Shown in pieces: positions 28,122 to 37,345 of a stretch of 47,948 nucleotides of DNA (position 1 is the first letter of the stretch; each line of letters begins with the position of its first letter). The notes below the pieces were generated by a model. That model ran no database searches. It was given only the letters and a program-made list of their open reading frames with translations, and had not been told where the DNA came from. The position numbers were made by a program, and so were the translations under genes. Origin of the DNA: an uncultured Eubacteriales bacterium (GTDB lineage: Bacteria > Bacillota > Clostridia > Christensenellales > CAG-138). Location of the stretch: the NCBI GenBank assembly GCA_902794055.1, contig CADBGC010000001.1:1-47948 (forward strand), in the 5' to 3' direction.

Positions 28122-29282
28122 ATGAGTCCGTTCTTTTTCAACCGAATGAAGCGCGCACCGCTGAAGCATATCTGCGCCGCGCTCGCATCGCTGGCGATGG
28201 CCGCGCTGCTCTGCTTTCTCGCCGTTTACCGAAGCGATCAAAAGGCGAAGCTCGAAGCGGCGATAGACAATTCCGAGGTGCTCTGCGTGGTCACGAATAT
28301 CGGCGGAACGCAGTCCACCTCCCTGCGCATGGGCTGGGGCGCGGCGCAGGCGGTTACGCTTCGTGAGCACTACCGGCTTCCCGAATTTGTCCGCGATCTT
28401 CGCATGACGAAGGAGCTTGAAGTAATGTGCGATTTCGGCTCGGAGCTCAAGCTTATCGCGCTTACGAGCCCCAAGGGGATCGACGAACTCGATCCCGCGC
28501 TCGGCGGCGAGGTGACGCTGTTTTACGATGATTTTTACACCTCCGAAGAGCCGCTTCTGCTCGTTTCCGAGGAGGTTTTCAACGGGCTCGGCGGCGAAAC
28601 CGCCGTTTCCGCCATCGTGACCGATCCGCACGTGGATAAGCGCTACTTCCCCGATGAACCCGATAAGGGCGTTGGCAGTGCGGAATTCACCGTTGCGGGC
28701 TATTACAAGGGTCCGGGCGAAAAGCTCTTTATGCCGTTTGAGGCGGGGGAGCTGATAGTGGACCGCATAACGGGCTCGCGCACGCTCGATTCGCTGGCGT
28801 TCCTTGCAAGCGATAACCGCAGGCTGAATGAGCTTCGCGATGCCGCGTCCGACGTTTTCGGAAGCGTTATCCCCGGCGGCGTTTCGGGTGAATACCGCTT
28901 CGCCCTCACCGTGCACGACGAGAACCTGAACTCCACCGTTGAGGCGCTGACGAGGAATATCGAGCGCACTAATATCTTTATCCCCATCGCGCTCGCGCTG
29001 ACTCTTGCAGCGGGCTTGCTCATCGGCTATATCTCAACGAGGAACGAGAAAAACACCTATGCGCTCTCGCGCAGCGCGGGCATGACGAAGAAAAAGCTCT
29101 TTACCTCTGCGCTTCTGGAGCAGCTTTTGCTGCCGCTTGTCGCCTGCATCATCGCGGGCGCAGCGCTCCGCTCGCCGCTTCCCGCGCTCGCGGTTTTCGC
29201 GCTGTATTCGCTCGGCTGCTTAATAGCCGTTATTCGCGCGCTGCGGGTATCCCCCTCAAGACTGCTCCGTGAACAGGAATAA
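28122..29282 (+). CDS. second FtsX-like permease subunit
   Basis: 386 aa. N-terminal TM helix, ectodomain, and a C-terminal 3-TM region with ALSRSAGMTKKKL. Confidence 0.6.
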   Translation: MSPFFFNRMKRAPLKHICAALASLAMAALLCFLAVYRSDQKAKLEAAIDNSEVLCVVTNIGGTQSTSLRMGWGAAQAVTLREHYRLPEFVRDLRMTKELEVMCDFGSELKLIALTSPKGIDELDPALGGEVTLFYDDFYTSEEPLLLVSEEVFNGLGGETAVSAIVTDPHVDKRYFPDEPDKGVGSAEFTVAGYYKGPGEKLFMPFEAGELIVDRITGSRTLDSLAFLASDNRRLNELRDAASDVFGSVIPGGVSGEYRFALTVHDENLNSTVEALTRNIERTNIFIPIALALTLAAGLLIGYISTRNEKNTYALSRSAGMTKKKLFTSALLEQLLLPLVACIIAGAALRSPLPALAVFALYSLGCLIAVIRALRVSPSRLLREQE

Positions 29283-29296
29283 GAAAGGACAGCATT

Positions 29297-29974
29297 ATGG
29301 AAATATTGACCGCAAAAGAAGTTTCGTTTTCCTATATCAACCGTTTTCAGCGCGTTGATGCGCTCAAGGGCGTTTCCTGCGGCTTTGAAACGGGGAAGGC
29401 GTATGCCATAGTCGGCAAAAGCGGCAGCGGAAAAACCACGCTGCTCTCGCTGCTCGCGGGGCTTGAAACGCCCACGGAGGGCGAGGTGCTTTTCGAGGGG
29501 AAGTCGCTTTCCACCCTCGATCGGGACGAGTACCGCCGCGATTCCGCCGCCGTGATCTATCAAAGCCTGAACCTCTTTCCCCTGCTCACCGCCGAGGAAA
29601 ACGTTATGTTTCCGCTGAAGCTGATGAAGCTTGAAAAGGACGAGGCGATGCGGCGCGCAAGGGCCGCGCTGCTCTCGGTTGGCATAGGCGAGGATAAATT
29701 CAAGCGCCTTCCCTCCCGCCTTTCGGGCGGCGAACAGCAGCGCGTTGCCATCGCCCGCGCGGTATCGGCGCAAAGCCGCATAATACTTGCCGACGAGCCG
29801 ACGGGAAATTTAGACATCACAAACGGCAATCAGGTGGTTTCGATACTTCTGCGCCTTGCGCACGATGAGGGCCGCTGCGTTATAATCGTTACCCACGACC
29901 TTGAGATCGCCGCGCAGACCGACGAGGTTTTCATGATGAAGGACGGCGTTCTTGAACGAGGGCTTCAGGTTTAA
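29297..29974 (+). CDS. ABC transporter ATP-binding protein (MacB/LolD-like)
   Basis: GKSGSGKTTLL Walker A, LSGGEQQRVAIARA signature, ILADEPTGNLD Walker B, and VTHD H-loop. Confidence 0.9.
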   Translation: MEILTAKEVSFSYINRFQRVDALKGVSCGFETGKAYAIVGKSGSGKTTLLSLLAGLETPTEGEVLFEGKSLSTLDRDEYRRDSAAVIYQSLNLFPLLTAEENVMFPLKLMKLEKDEAMRRARAALLSVGIGEDKFKRLPSRLSGGEQQRVAIARAVSAQSRIILADEPTGNLDITNGNQVVSILLRLAHDEGRCVIIVTHDLEIAAQTDEVFMMKDGVLERGLQV

Positions 29975-29983
29975 GGGGGAGGT

Positions 29984-30184
29984 GGAAATCCCAAGGCGAT
30001 TTCAAATGATGTGCGCCTTGCGCATGATGCTTGCCTGCGGCAAATGATGTGCGCTTTCAGCGCATGATGCGTTCCTGCGGAACATTGAGGAAGAAATTCC
30101 TGCGGAATTTCAAATGCAATTCAAAAGAAACGCCCTCGGCGTTTCAAACGCAACTATTCACTATTCATTATTCACTATTCACTA
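29984..30184 (+). repeat. composite intergenic repeat, copy C (longest: extra hairpins, hairpin 1, hairpin 2, heptads)
   Basis: Includes a tandem ~40-nt duplication of AAATGATGTGCGC..GCGCATGATGC + (T/G)T(G/T)CC-TGC-GG(C/A)A(A/C) (30004-30083). Then GAAATTCC-TGC-GGAATTTC (30093-30111), AAACGCC-CTC-GGCGTTT (30128-30144), and ACTATTC ACTATTC ATTATTC ACTATTC ACTA (30153-30184). Confidence 0.8.
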
Positions 30185-30219
30185 AAAAGCGGCGCCCCCT
30201 TTCGGGATGCGCCGCTTTT
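30185..30219. terminator. bidirectional terminator between convergent ABC genes
   Basis: AAAAGCGGCGC (30185-30195) pairs with GCGCCGCTTTT (30209-30219) around a CCC..GGG inner stem. Confidence 0.7.
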
Positions 30220-30232
30220 ACGTCTATTCGCT

Positions 30233-32119
30233 TTACGCCTTCCTCAGCCTCTCCTTCTCGTACTGGAGCGTATAGAGGTCGAAATACCTGCCCTTCTTTT
30301 CGAGCAGCTCGTGGTGATTGCCCTGCTCCACTATAACGCCCTTGGACAGCACTATGATATTATCCGCGTGCTGTATGGTGGAGAGCCTATGCGCGACTAT
30401 GAGCATAGTGCCGATATTCATCAGCTTTTCGAGCGAATCCTGTATGAGCACCTCGGTCTCGGTGTCGATATTCGCGGTGGCCTCGTCGAGTATCATGACC
30501 GAGGGCTTATGGATTATGGTTCGCGCAAAGCTCAGAAGCTGGCGCTGACCCGCCGAGAAATTGTTTCCGCGCTCGCGCACCACCTCGTCAAGCCCGCTCT
30601 CGAGGCGGTTTATGAAGTGGTCCGCGTTGACGTAGCGGCAGGCCTCGTTTACTTCATCGTCGCTCACGCCGTCCATATCCAAGAGGATATTGCTTCTGAT
30701 CGTTCCCGAGAACAGGAAAACATCTTGCAGCATCTGTCCGAAGTGCTTGCGAAGCGAGCTCATCTTGATCTTTCTGATATCAATTCCGTCGATCAGTATC
30801 TCGCCCTTTTGGAACTCGTAGTTGCGGCAGATCAGCGAAAGAATGGTCGTTTTGCCGCTGCCGGTCGCTCCGACGAACGCCACGGTGTCGTTCGGCATAA
30901 CGTGGAAGGAAACGCCCTTGAGCACCCATTCATTCGGAACGTAGCTGAACCAAACGTCGCGGAACTCGATCTCGCCCCTGACCTCTTCAAGCTCGATAGC
31001 ATCGGGAGCATCCACGAGCGCGGGCTCGATATCCATGATGGTGAACACCTTTTCCGCTGAGGCGAACGCGCTCTGCAGCCAATTGAACTGCTCCGCAAGG
31101 TTTTGGATCGGGTTATAGAATTTATTGATGTACATATAGAAGCTGACGATCGTGCCCGCATCAAACGCCTGGCCGAGCAGCCTTGCGCCATCCAGATACC
31201 CCTTGCCGCCAACGTAGAAAAGGCAGAGCACGGAGCTTATATAGAGCATGTATACGAGCGGACGGAAGATGCCGAAAACGAGTATCTGCTCGCCCTTCGC
31301 CTTGCCGAGCCCGCGGCTCTTATCCTCAAAATCGCGCAGCTTTTCGCCCTCGCGGTTGAAAATCTGGGTTATCTTTATGCCCGAAAGGTTCTCGGAAAGG
31401 TAGGTGTTTATATCGGTCGTTCTGTCCTTAACGCGCCTGTAAGCACGCCTTGCGAACTTTCTGAATATGACCGAGAAAAGCACGATGAACGGCACGAAGC
31501 ACAAAACCATCAGCGTTAAGCCAACGTTCATCACAAACATCGCAACCAAAACGCCCACCACGATGAACATGTTTTTAACAAGGTTCACCAGAAGCGCCGT
31601 AAACATAAGCGAAATGGCGTTCGTGTCGTTCGTGGTTCTCGTTACGAGCTTGCCCACGGGAATGGAGTTCATCTGCTCGTGCGAAAGGCTCTCTATATGG
31701 GTGAAGAGATCCTCGCGCATCTTGGAGATTATCTTCTGCCCCACCCTTTGCAGGATTATCGCCTGCGAATAGGTGCATATCATGGAAACCACGAGTATGC
31801 TCGCGTAGATCGCAACGAGCCTATAGAGCCTTGATAGCTCGAAATCCACCTTGACCAGCTTGGTGATGCTGCCGATGATGAGCGGGGAAACTATGTCGTA
31901 CGCGATGCCGAACAGCACAATGAATCCAACGAGCACGAAGCTGCCGGCATAGGGCTTGGCGTAGCGAAGAAGGCGCTTAATTATCTCGCCGTCCTTCATG
32001 TTTCTATCGAAGCCGATGGCCTGCTTCTTATCCTTCATGGTCGCATAAGCAACTATGAGTATGGTAGATATAACGCCGATTATCGCGCCGACGAGCAGAA
32101 GAGGATAATATTCTCGCAT
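30233..32119 (-). CDS. ABC exporter, fused permease/ATPase (heterodimer partner 2, MsbA/YheH-like)
   Basis: Six-TM domain plus NBD (GATGSGKTT, FSAGQRQLLSFAR, ILDEATANID). ATG 32119 (MREYYP) lies 6 nt after GGGGGTG. Confidence 0.9.
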   Translation of the reverse strand: MREYYPLLLVGAIIGVISTILIVAYATMKDKKQAIGFDRNMKDGEIIKRLLRYAKPYAGSFVLVGFIVLFGIAYDIVSPLIIGSITKLVKVDFELSRLYRLVAIYASILVVSMICTYSQAIILQRVGQKIISKMREDLFTHIESLSHEQMNSIPVGKLVTRTTNDTNAISLMFTALLVNLVKNMFIVVGVLVAMFVMNVGLTLMVLCFVPFIVLFSVIFRKFARRAYRRVKDRTTDINTYLSENLSGIKITQIFNREGEKLRDFEDKSRGLGKAKGEQILVFGIFRPLVYMLYISSVLCLFYVGGKGYLDGARLLGQAFDAGTIVSFYMYINKFYNPIQNLAEQFNWLQSAFASAEKVFTIMDIEPALVDAPDAIELEEVRGEIEFRDVWFSYVPNEWVLKGVSFHVMPNDTVAFVGATGSGKTTILSLICRNYEFQKGEILIDGIDIRKIKMSSLRKHFGQMLQDVFLFSGTIRSNILLDMDGVSDDEVNEACRYVNADHFINRLESGLDEVVRERGNNFSAGQRQLLSFARTIIHKPSVMILDEATANIDTETEVLIQDSLEKLMNIGTMLIVAHRLSTIQHADNIIVLSKGVIVEQGNHHELLEKKGRYFDLYTLQYEKERLRKA

Positions 32120-32132
32120 CGCTTTCACCCCC

Positions 32133-33902
32133 TTATTTCACCGCGTCCTCAAGACGCTGCAGCTCGACCATCTTCGCATACTCGGGGCAGCTTGCAAGAA
32201 GCTCCGCATGGCTGCCGACGGCGGTTACCCTGCCGTCCTCAACGAAGATTATCTTGTCCATTCCCTCGATGGTGGTTATGCGGTGGGCAATGAGTATCGT
32301 GGTTTTGCCCTGCCTGCTCCTTTCGAGGTTGCCGAGGATGATCTTCTCGGTGTCGGTATCGACGGCGGAAACGGAATCGTCGAGGATGAGTATCGGCGCA
32401 TTCTTCATCAGCGCGCGCGCTATCGAGATGCGCTGCTTCTGACCGCCCGAGACCGTAACGCCCCTTTCGCCGAGTACGGTTTCGTATCGATCCTTAAAAT
32501 CGATGATGTTTGAGTGAACGTCCGCAAGCACTGCCGATTCCTCTATCGCCTTTGCATCCACGTCGTCAAACGCGAAATTGATATTGTTTGTTATCGTATC
32601 CGAGAAAAGGAAGTTATCCTGCGGAACGTAGGCGCAGCCCTCGCGCACGGAGCGGATGGTAACGTCGTTCACATCCTGCCCGTCGATGAACAGCGTTCCC
32701 TTGGGAACATTGTAGGTGCGCAAGATCAGATCCACTATCGTGGTCTTGCCGCTGCCCGTTTTGCCGACTATGCCCACGCTCTCGCCCGGGTTTATCTTGA
32801 AGGAAACGTTCTCAAGCGCATCGAACTCGCCGTCGGGATAGCGGAAGGTGAGATTTTTAAATTCGATGCCGCCCTTTACGGAGCCGATATCCACGGCGCC
32901 CGGCGCATCCTTGACCGTTACCTCCGCTTCAAGCAGCTCGGCAACGCGCTTCATCGAGGCCTTGCCGCGCGCGGATTTCTCTATCAGCATCGAAACCGCC
33001 ATAACGGGCCAAACCACCGAGGTGAAGTAGCCGACGTATTCAACGAGCAGACCCGCCGAGAAGCGCTTTTCATGCACCAGATAGCCGCCGTAGCCGAGGA
33101 TGATGCAGATTACCGTTTCAACCAGCAGCACGATAAGCACGTGCATCAGGTTCGATATCTTGGTGTATTTTATGTTCGCTTCCTCGTTTTCAATATTCAG
33201 CTTGCGGAACGAGAGAAGCTGCTTGAGCTCCTTAACGAACGCCTTTATGACCGCGTAGCCCGAGAAGCTCTCCTGCGCGAAGTCCGAAAGGTTGGAGAAC
33301 GCCTGCTGGCGCACCTCCCACTGCTTCATCATCGCCTTGCCCATGAGCGTTCCGATAAGAAGGATGAGGCCGAGCGGGATGAGCGTAAGCAGCGTAAGGG
33401 TAACGTCCATGCGCCACATATTGTAGAAGCCGAGAAGCCCCAAAAACAGCGCATCGAAAAACATCAGAAGTCCGTCGCCGAAGCATTCCTGGATGGTGTC
33501 GAGGTCGTTTGTGAAAAGGCTCATCAGGTTGCCGACCTTGTTTACCTGGTAATAATCCCTCGAAAGCTCCTTGCAGTGGTCGAACATCTTTATGCGGATA
33601 TTCGTTTCCACCTTGATGGCGGAGCCGAAGAAGCAAACGCGCCACAGAAAGCGGCCGAGCACCATTACCACAACGATGCCGATGATGGGCAGGCAGATCT
33701 TATCCAGAAGAAAATCGAGCGTAAACGGAGTCAGCGTGCCCTTATAATTGACCACGCCCTCGTTTATGCCGTCGATCAGCATGCCGTACAGATTCGGTAT
33801 CTTGAGCTGAAAATAGTCCACCAATATGAGCGCGAGCGCTCCAAGCAAAAGAAGCGGCGCGTACTTCAAATAGTAGCGGTTGATGTGCTTTCCGAATATC
33901 AA
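32133..33902 (-). CDS. ABC exporter, fused permease/ATPase (heterodimer partner 1, YheI-like)
   Basis: Six-TM domain plus NBD (GKTGSGKTT, VSGGQKQRISIARA, ILDDSVSAVD). TTG 33902 lies 5 nt after AAGGAGA; the ORF track start at 33932 is also TTG but lacks an SD. Confidence 0.9.
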   Translation of the reverse strand: MIFGKHINRYYLKYAPLLLLGALALILVDYFQLKIPNLYGMLIDGINEGVVNYKGTLTPFTLDFLLDKICLPIIGIVVVMVLGRFLWRVCFFGSAIKVETNIRIKMFDHCKELSRDYYQVNKVGNLMSLFTNDLDTIQECFGDGLLMFFDALFLGLLGFYNMWRMDVTLTLLTLIPLGLILLIGTLMGKAMMKQWEVRQQAFSNLSDFAQESFSGYAVIKAFVKELKQLLSFRKLNIENEEANIKYTKISNLMHVLIVLLVETVICIILGYGGYLVHEKRFSAGLLVEYVGYFTSVVWPVMAVSMLIEKSARGKASMKRVAELLEAEVTVKDAPGAVDIGSVKGGIEFKNLTFRYPDGEFDALENVSFKINPGESVGIVGKTGSGKTTIVDLILRTYNVPKGTLFIDGQDVNDVTIRSVREGCAYVPQDNFLFSDTITNNINFAFDDVDAKAIEESAVLADVHSNIIDFKDRYETVLGERGVTVSGGQKQRISIARALMKNAPILILDDSVSAVDTDTEKIILGNLERSRQGKTTILIAHRITTIEGMDKIIFVEDGRVTAVGSHAELLASCPEYAKMVELQRLEDAVK

Positions 33903-33977
33903 ATTGTTCTCCTTCCGCAGCGGCGAAGGCAATACTGCTCTCTTCCCGCATGCTCCTGCTTATGATTCGTAAACCCT

Positions 33978-34006
33978 ATTATATCGTTAAATGTCAAAAA
34001 TAGCAA
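33978..34006 (-). promoter_or_regulatory. promoter of the ABC exporter operon
   Basis: Minus strand reads TTGCTA (34006-34001), a 17-nt spacer, then TATAAT (33983-33978). Confidence 0.55.
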
Positions 34007-34057
34007 GAGCAAAAACGTTCGCTCCGCATTATTGTTCATCTCATGGGCGGGCTCTAT

Positions 34058-34100
34058 TTAAAAAAGCAGGCTCGGAGAAACGGCAGGCGTTCCTCCGAGC
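34058..34100 (-). terminator. terminator of the zinc-ribbon protein gene
   Basis: CTCGGAG (34071-34077) pairs with CTCCGAG (34093-34099). The minus strand is followed by CCTGCTTTTTTAAA. Confidence 0.5.
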
Positions 34101-34141
34101 GATAAGTATTGTATTATTACGGTTATTTATGCTCCGCAGCA

Positions 34142-34936
34142 TCAGTCTTGCTCCGAGGCATCGTCGGTTATCACGTCGTCGTCAAGGCCGTTCAGCTCCT
34201 CCAGGCTGTCCACGTCCGCACGCTGCAAAAACTCGTTGAAGGGCCATTCGGGCGAGTATTCCTCGCCGAGAAAATCCACGGGGTAGTCCTCATCCACGAA
34301 TTCATAGTCTATCCAGCCGAAATCCGAATTGATATACCAGGTCTTGCCGTCTTTATAATAATAGTCGCTGCCCGCAGAATAGTAGCCGTCGCCCCAATGC
34401 GCCGCGATCTTTGAAATGATGAAAACGGCGATTATCGCGCCCAAAACGGCCAGCGCAGCAGCCAGCAGACCGCCGTAGCGGATATTCTGTCTTTCCGGGG
34501 TCGATCTCTCAAGCCTATAGGAGCCCGGATCGCTCAGCCCCGCCATGCGCTCGGGAAAGATGCCCGCCGCGTGGCAGGAATCGATCAGGCGCGAGAAATA
34601 CAAGCCCGCCGCGCGGGACTCGTCATTGCCGCTGTAAACGATGAACCTTTCGCCGCTCGGCGCGTTTTCATAAACCGTTACGCGCGCTCCGTCGCGAAAA
34701 ATGCCGTTCATAGGCGCATCGTCTATATCCTCGCCTATGGAATGATCCAGCACGGAAAGCGGTATCCCGTGCTCGCGGCAATAGAGCGTCAGCTCCTCTA
34801 CGGTTTGTGGACGGATCACCGAAAAACGGCTGTTTTCGGGAATAAGGCTTTGATCGTAGGTTCCGCACTTGGGGCAGAACGGCTCCTTCCCTCTCAGCTC
34901 GGCTCCGCAGTATTCGCATTTTCTCTCAAGCGACAT
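34142..34936 (-). CDS. zinc-ribbon / single-TM protein with an acidic Tyr/Asp-rich C-terminal ectodomain
   Basis: 264 aa. CEYC...CPKC at the N-terminus, TM helix (GLLAAALAVLGAIIAVFIISKI), and an acidic tail. AAGGAG SD. Confidence 0.55.
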   Translation of the reverse strand: MSLERKCEYCGAELRGKEPFCPKCGTYDQSLIPENSRFSVIRPQTVEELTLYCREHGIPLSVLDHSIGEDIDDAPMNGIFRDGARVTVYENAPSGERFIVYSGNDESRAAGLYFSRLIDSCHAAGIFPERMAGLSDPGSYRLERSTPERQNIRYGGLLAAALAVLGAIIAVFIISKIAAHWGDGYYSAGSDYYYKDGKTWYINSDFGWIDYEFVDEDYPVDFLGEEYSPEWPFNEFLQRADVDSLEELNGLDDDVITDDASEQD

Positions 34937-34975
34937 GATGGCACTCCTTGCTCAGCTCAAAAATCTATCCATAAT

Positions 34976-35004
34976 ATTATATTAAATTATGGCTCTTTTG
35001 TCAA
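34976..35004 (-). promoter_or_regulatory. perfect consensus promoter of the zinc-ribbon protein gene
   Basis: Minus strand reads TTGACA (35004-34999), a 17-nt spacer, then TATAAT (34981-34976). Confidence 0.65.
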
Positions 35005-35030
35005 TGTTTACCGCAGTTCTGCCATAAAAA

Positions 35031-35064
35031 TGCCGTAAAAAGCGCCCCGAAGCTCCGTCGGGGC
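35031..35064 (-). terminator. terminator of the ThrE-family gene
   Basis: GCCCCGA (35043-35049) pairs with TCGGGGC (35058-35064). The minus strand is followed by GCTTTTTACGGCATTTTT. Confidence 0.55.
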
Positions 35065-35098
35065 ACCGCTTTGCATTTATGGCGCAGCTTTATTCCTT

Positions 35099-36430
35099 CT
35101 ATCGGCGCTTTGAGAGCCTGCTTTTCATATAAACACCCCACATCCTGAACATGGTGGAGCTCAAAAGCACGCCCACGGCGACCGCGCCAGCGATAGCGGC
35201 CGTGGCAACGCCCTTTGCCCAGGCATCCGCGCCCATGCCGAGCCTTATAAATTCCGTAGTGTAGTATATGCCCGCGCCGGGTATGAGCGGAACGAGCGCC
35301 GAAAGCAGGTAGCTCGTTGCGGGGAATTTGCGGATACGCGCCAATATCTCGGCGTAGAAGGAGCTTGCGGCGGCGGCGATAAGATACGAAACCGGCTCCG
35401 AAACCCCTATGCGCATGCATATCGAGCAAACGAACCATGAGATGATGCTGCCTATCAGCGCAAAGGGTATCCCCTTTCCGTGCATATTGAAGAACAGACC
35501 GAAGCCAAGCGTTCCGATCATTCCCGCAAGGCATTGGATATAGAGCGGATGATCTATCGGCGAAAGCGTTGGGCTGACGGTAAAAAACTGCCTTGAGAGC
35601 GTGACTGCGGCGCTCGTTCCGAAAACGAGCGCGGCGGCGATTATGAGCACCTGCACCAGCCTGTTTACGCCGCTCATAGTGTCGCCATAGATGATATCGC
35701 GCATACTGTTTGTAAAAAGAAAACCGGGAACGAGTATCATCAGCGCGCCTATCGTGGCGATATCCGTATTCTTGCAGATACCTGCCGCGCCGCAGAGATT
35801 GGCGATGAATGCAAGAATAAAGCTGCAAACGAAGGATTTGAAGAAGGCGTTTGCGTTCAGCCTGCCCGTGAAGCTCAGCGCGGCGGCGGTGGCGGCGCAG
35901 CTAATCCCTGCCGAAAGCAGCTCAAGCAGGCCTCCGCCGAAGAAGATGCCGAAGCCCGCGCCAATAAGGAATGCGCCGAGATAATAGGTGAACTTTCCGT
36001 AGCGGCAAACGCTTGCATCGGTTTCATCAAGCAGCCGCCGAGCCTCCTTCACCGTGGGGCGCTCAAAGCAGATACGGCGGCAGAGCGCGGAATATTTCTC
36101 GATTCCGTCGAGCATCGTGTCGCTCGATTTAAGGCGGCGCACCTTGGTTTCAACGTCGCCCTCGTCGGTCTCAAGCCCTGCGATTATGCAGTTCGGGATA
36201 ACGAAAACGTCCACCTTCTTATAGCCGTACGCCTCGATTATCCTCGTTATCGTGTCCTCAACGCGATAGGTCTCCGCGCCGCAGCTCTGAAGACGGTTTG
36301 CAAGCGCCACGGCGAACTCAAGCAGCTCTTCGTGGTTTATGCGATCCCGTTCGAGCGCTTCGATATCATGGGAATCGGAGCGAAGCGCTTCGCCCGATTC
36401 CGTATTCCTTTTTTTACCCTTTTTCGGCAT
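35099..36430 (-). CDS. threonine/serine exporter family protein (ThrE; fused DUF1212 + DUF3815-like)
   Basis: 443 aa. N-terminal soluble part with GAETYRVEDTITRII, then ~10 TM helices. ATG 36430 is preferred over TTG 36433. Confidence 0.7.
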   Translation of the reverse strand: MPKKGKKRNTESGEALRSDSHDIEALERDRINHEELLEFAVALANRLQSCGAETYRVEDTITRIIEAYGYKKVDVFVIPNCIIAGLETDEGDVETKVRRLKSSDTMLDGIEKYSALCRRICFERPTVKEARRLLDETDASVCRYGKFTYYLGAFLIGAGFGIFFGGGLLELLSAGISCAATAAALSFTGRLNANAFFKSFVCSFILAFIANLCGAAGICKNTDIATIGALMILVPGFLFTNSMRDIIYGDTMSGVNRLVQVLIIAAALVFGTSAAVTLSRQFFTVSPTLSPIDHPLYIQCLAGMIGTLGFGLFFNMHGKGIPFALIGSIISWFVCSICMRIGVSEPVSYLIAAAASSFYAEILARIRKFPATSYLLSALVPLIPGAGIYYTTEFIRLGMGADAWAKGVATAAIAGAVAVGVLLSSTMFRMWGVYMKSRLSKRR

Positions 36431-36454
36431 CAAATTCAGTCTCCGAACAGTTTA

Positions 36455-36841
36455 TTATTTATTCATTCTTCCGTTTGAATACGGATTCTTGTTCTCCTTT
36501 GGCGCATCCTCATGGCTTGCACCCCAGCGGGCGAAGAGCAGCACAAGATAGCGAATGAAGCCGACGAGGAAGAACAGCCCCACCGCAATAAAGAACCATT
36601 TTATCGGCAGCTTCACGGTAAAATGCAGTATCAAAAGCAGCCATATCGGCAGCGAAAAGAAGAGCGAATCCAGCCGCATAAAGAAGAAGAAAACAAGCCC
36701 CGAGAAAAAGCCCTTCCAATCGACCTTGCGGGGCGGAGAGGTCTTGCGGGGATCGTTTTGGTTGTGGGTGGGATTTTCCATGCTGCCTCCGAGGGGGATC
36801 TCTTCATTATTCATTTCTTCATTAGCCGCAGGCATCTTCAT
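36455..36841 (-). CDS. small membrane protein, unknown function
   Basis: 128 aa (alternative start ATG 36781, 4 nt after GGAGG). Three hydrophobic helices and no motif recognised. Confidence 0.45.
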   Translation of the reverse strand: MKMPAANEEMNNEEIPLGGSMENPTHNQNDPRKTSPPRKVDWKGFFSGLVFFFFMRLDSLFFSLPIWLLLILHFTVKLPIKWFFIAVGLFFLVGFIRYLVLLFARWGASHEDAPKENKNPYSNGRMNK

Positions 36842-36855
36842 TAGCCGCTGGCGAC

Positions 36856-37290
36856 TTATTTTCCGGAATAATACTCGATCCTTATCTCGTCCTGCTCGAT
36901 AAGCACGGTATTCTGATTCAGCGCTTTGATAACCTCGTCCGCCGCTTTATAGACGGTCGCCTCGTCCGCATCGTCGAAGTAGCAAACTATCGTGTACTCA
37001 TGGGTTATATTGTTCTTCTCGTCGGTCCATGAGCCGGTCGCCTCCTGGAGCGTGTAGCCCTCGAAATGCTTGAGGCAGATCTCATCCACGATATTCCTCG
37101 CCTCCTCCTGCGAGAACTTGGGCGCATAGGTGTCCTTATCGTTGGTGCCGATATACATAACGTACTGCTTAACGGTATCTGCCGCGGGCGCGGGCGCTTT
37201 TTTCGTTATCGAAACGATCAGCGCGGCAAGCGCAAGAACGAGCGCGAGCGCCGAAAGCACGGTCGGGATAAGATTTTTTCTTTCCTTCAT
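36856..37290 (-). CDS. membrane-anchored small protein (DUF3574-like by recollection)
   Basis: 144 aa with GGAGG SD 7 nt upstream. N-terminal anchor helix, then YIGTNDKDTY...FEGYTLQEATGSWTD... Confidence 0.45.
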   Translation of the reverse strand: MKERKNLIPTVLSALALVLALAALIVSITKKAPAPAADTVKQYVMYIGTNDKDTYAPKFSQEEARNIVDEICLKHFEGYTLQEATGSWTDEKNNITHEYTIVCYFDDADEATVYKAADEVIKALNQNTVLIEQDEIRIEYYSGK

Positions 37291-37345
37291 GGTTTTTCCT
37301 CCTTAAAATCAAGCCGAAGCATTTCTTTCATATATTTTACTGCAA

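Noticed and set aside
25463-29974. PadR plus the two FtsX-type permeases plus the ABC ATPase considered as a novel system
   Set aside because: This is a common antimicrobial-peptide/efflux-type arrangement in Firmicutes with native GC content. Nothing unusual is seen in the sequence.
35001-35828. 275-aa minus-strand ORF overlapping the ThrE-family gene out of frame
   Set aside because: Its Arg/His-rich nonsense composition contrasts with the alternative frame, which gives a coherent polytopic membrane protein.
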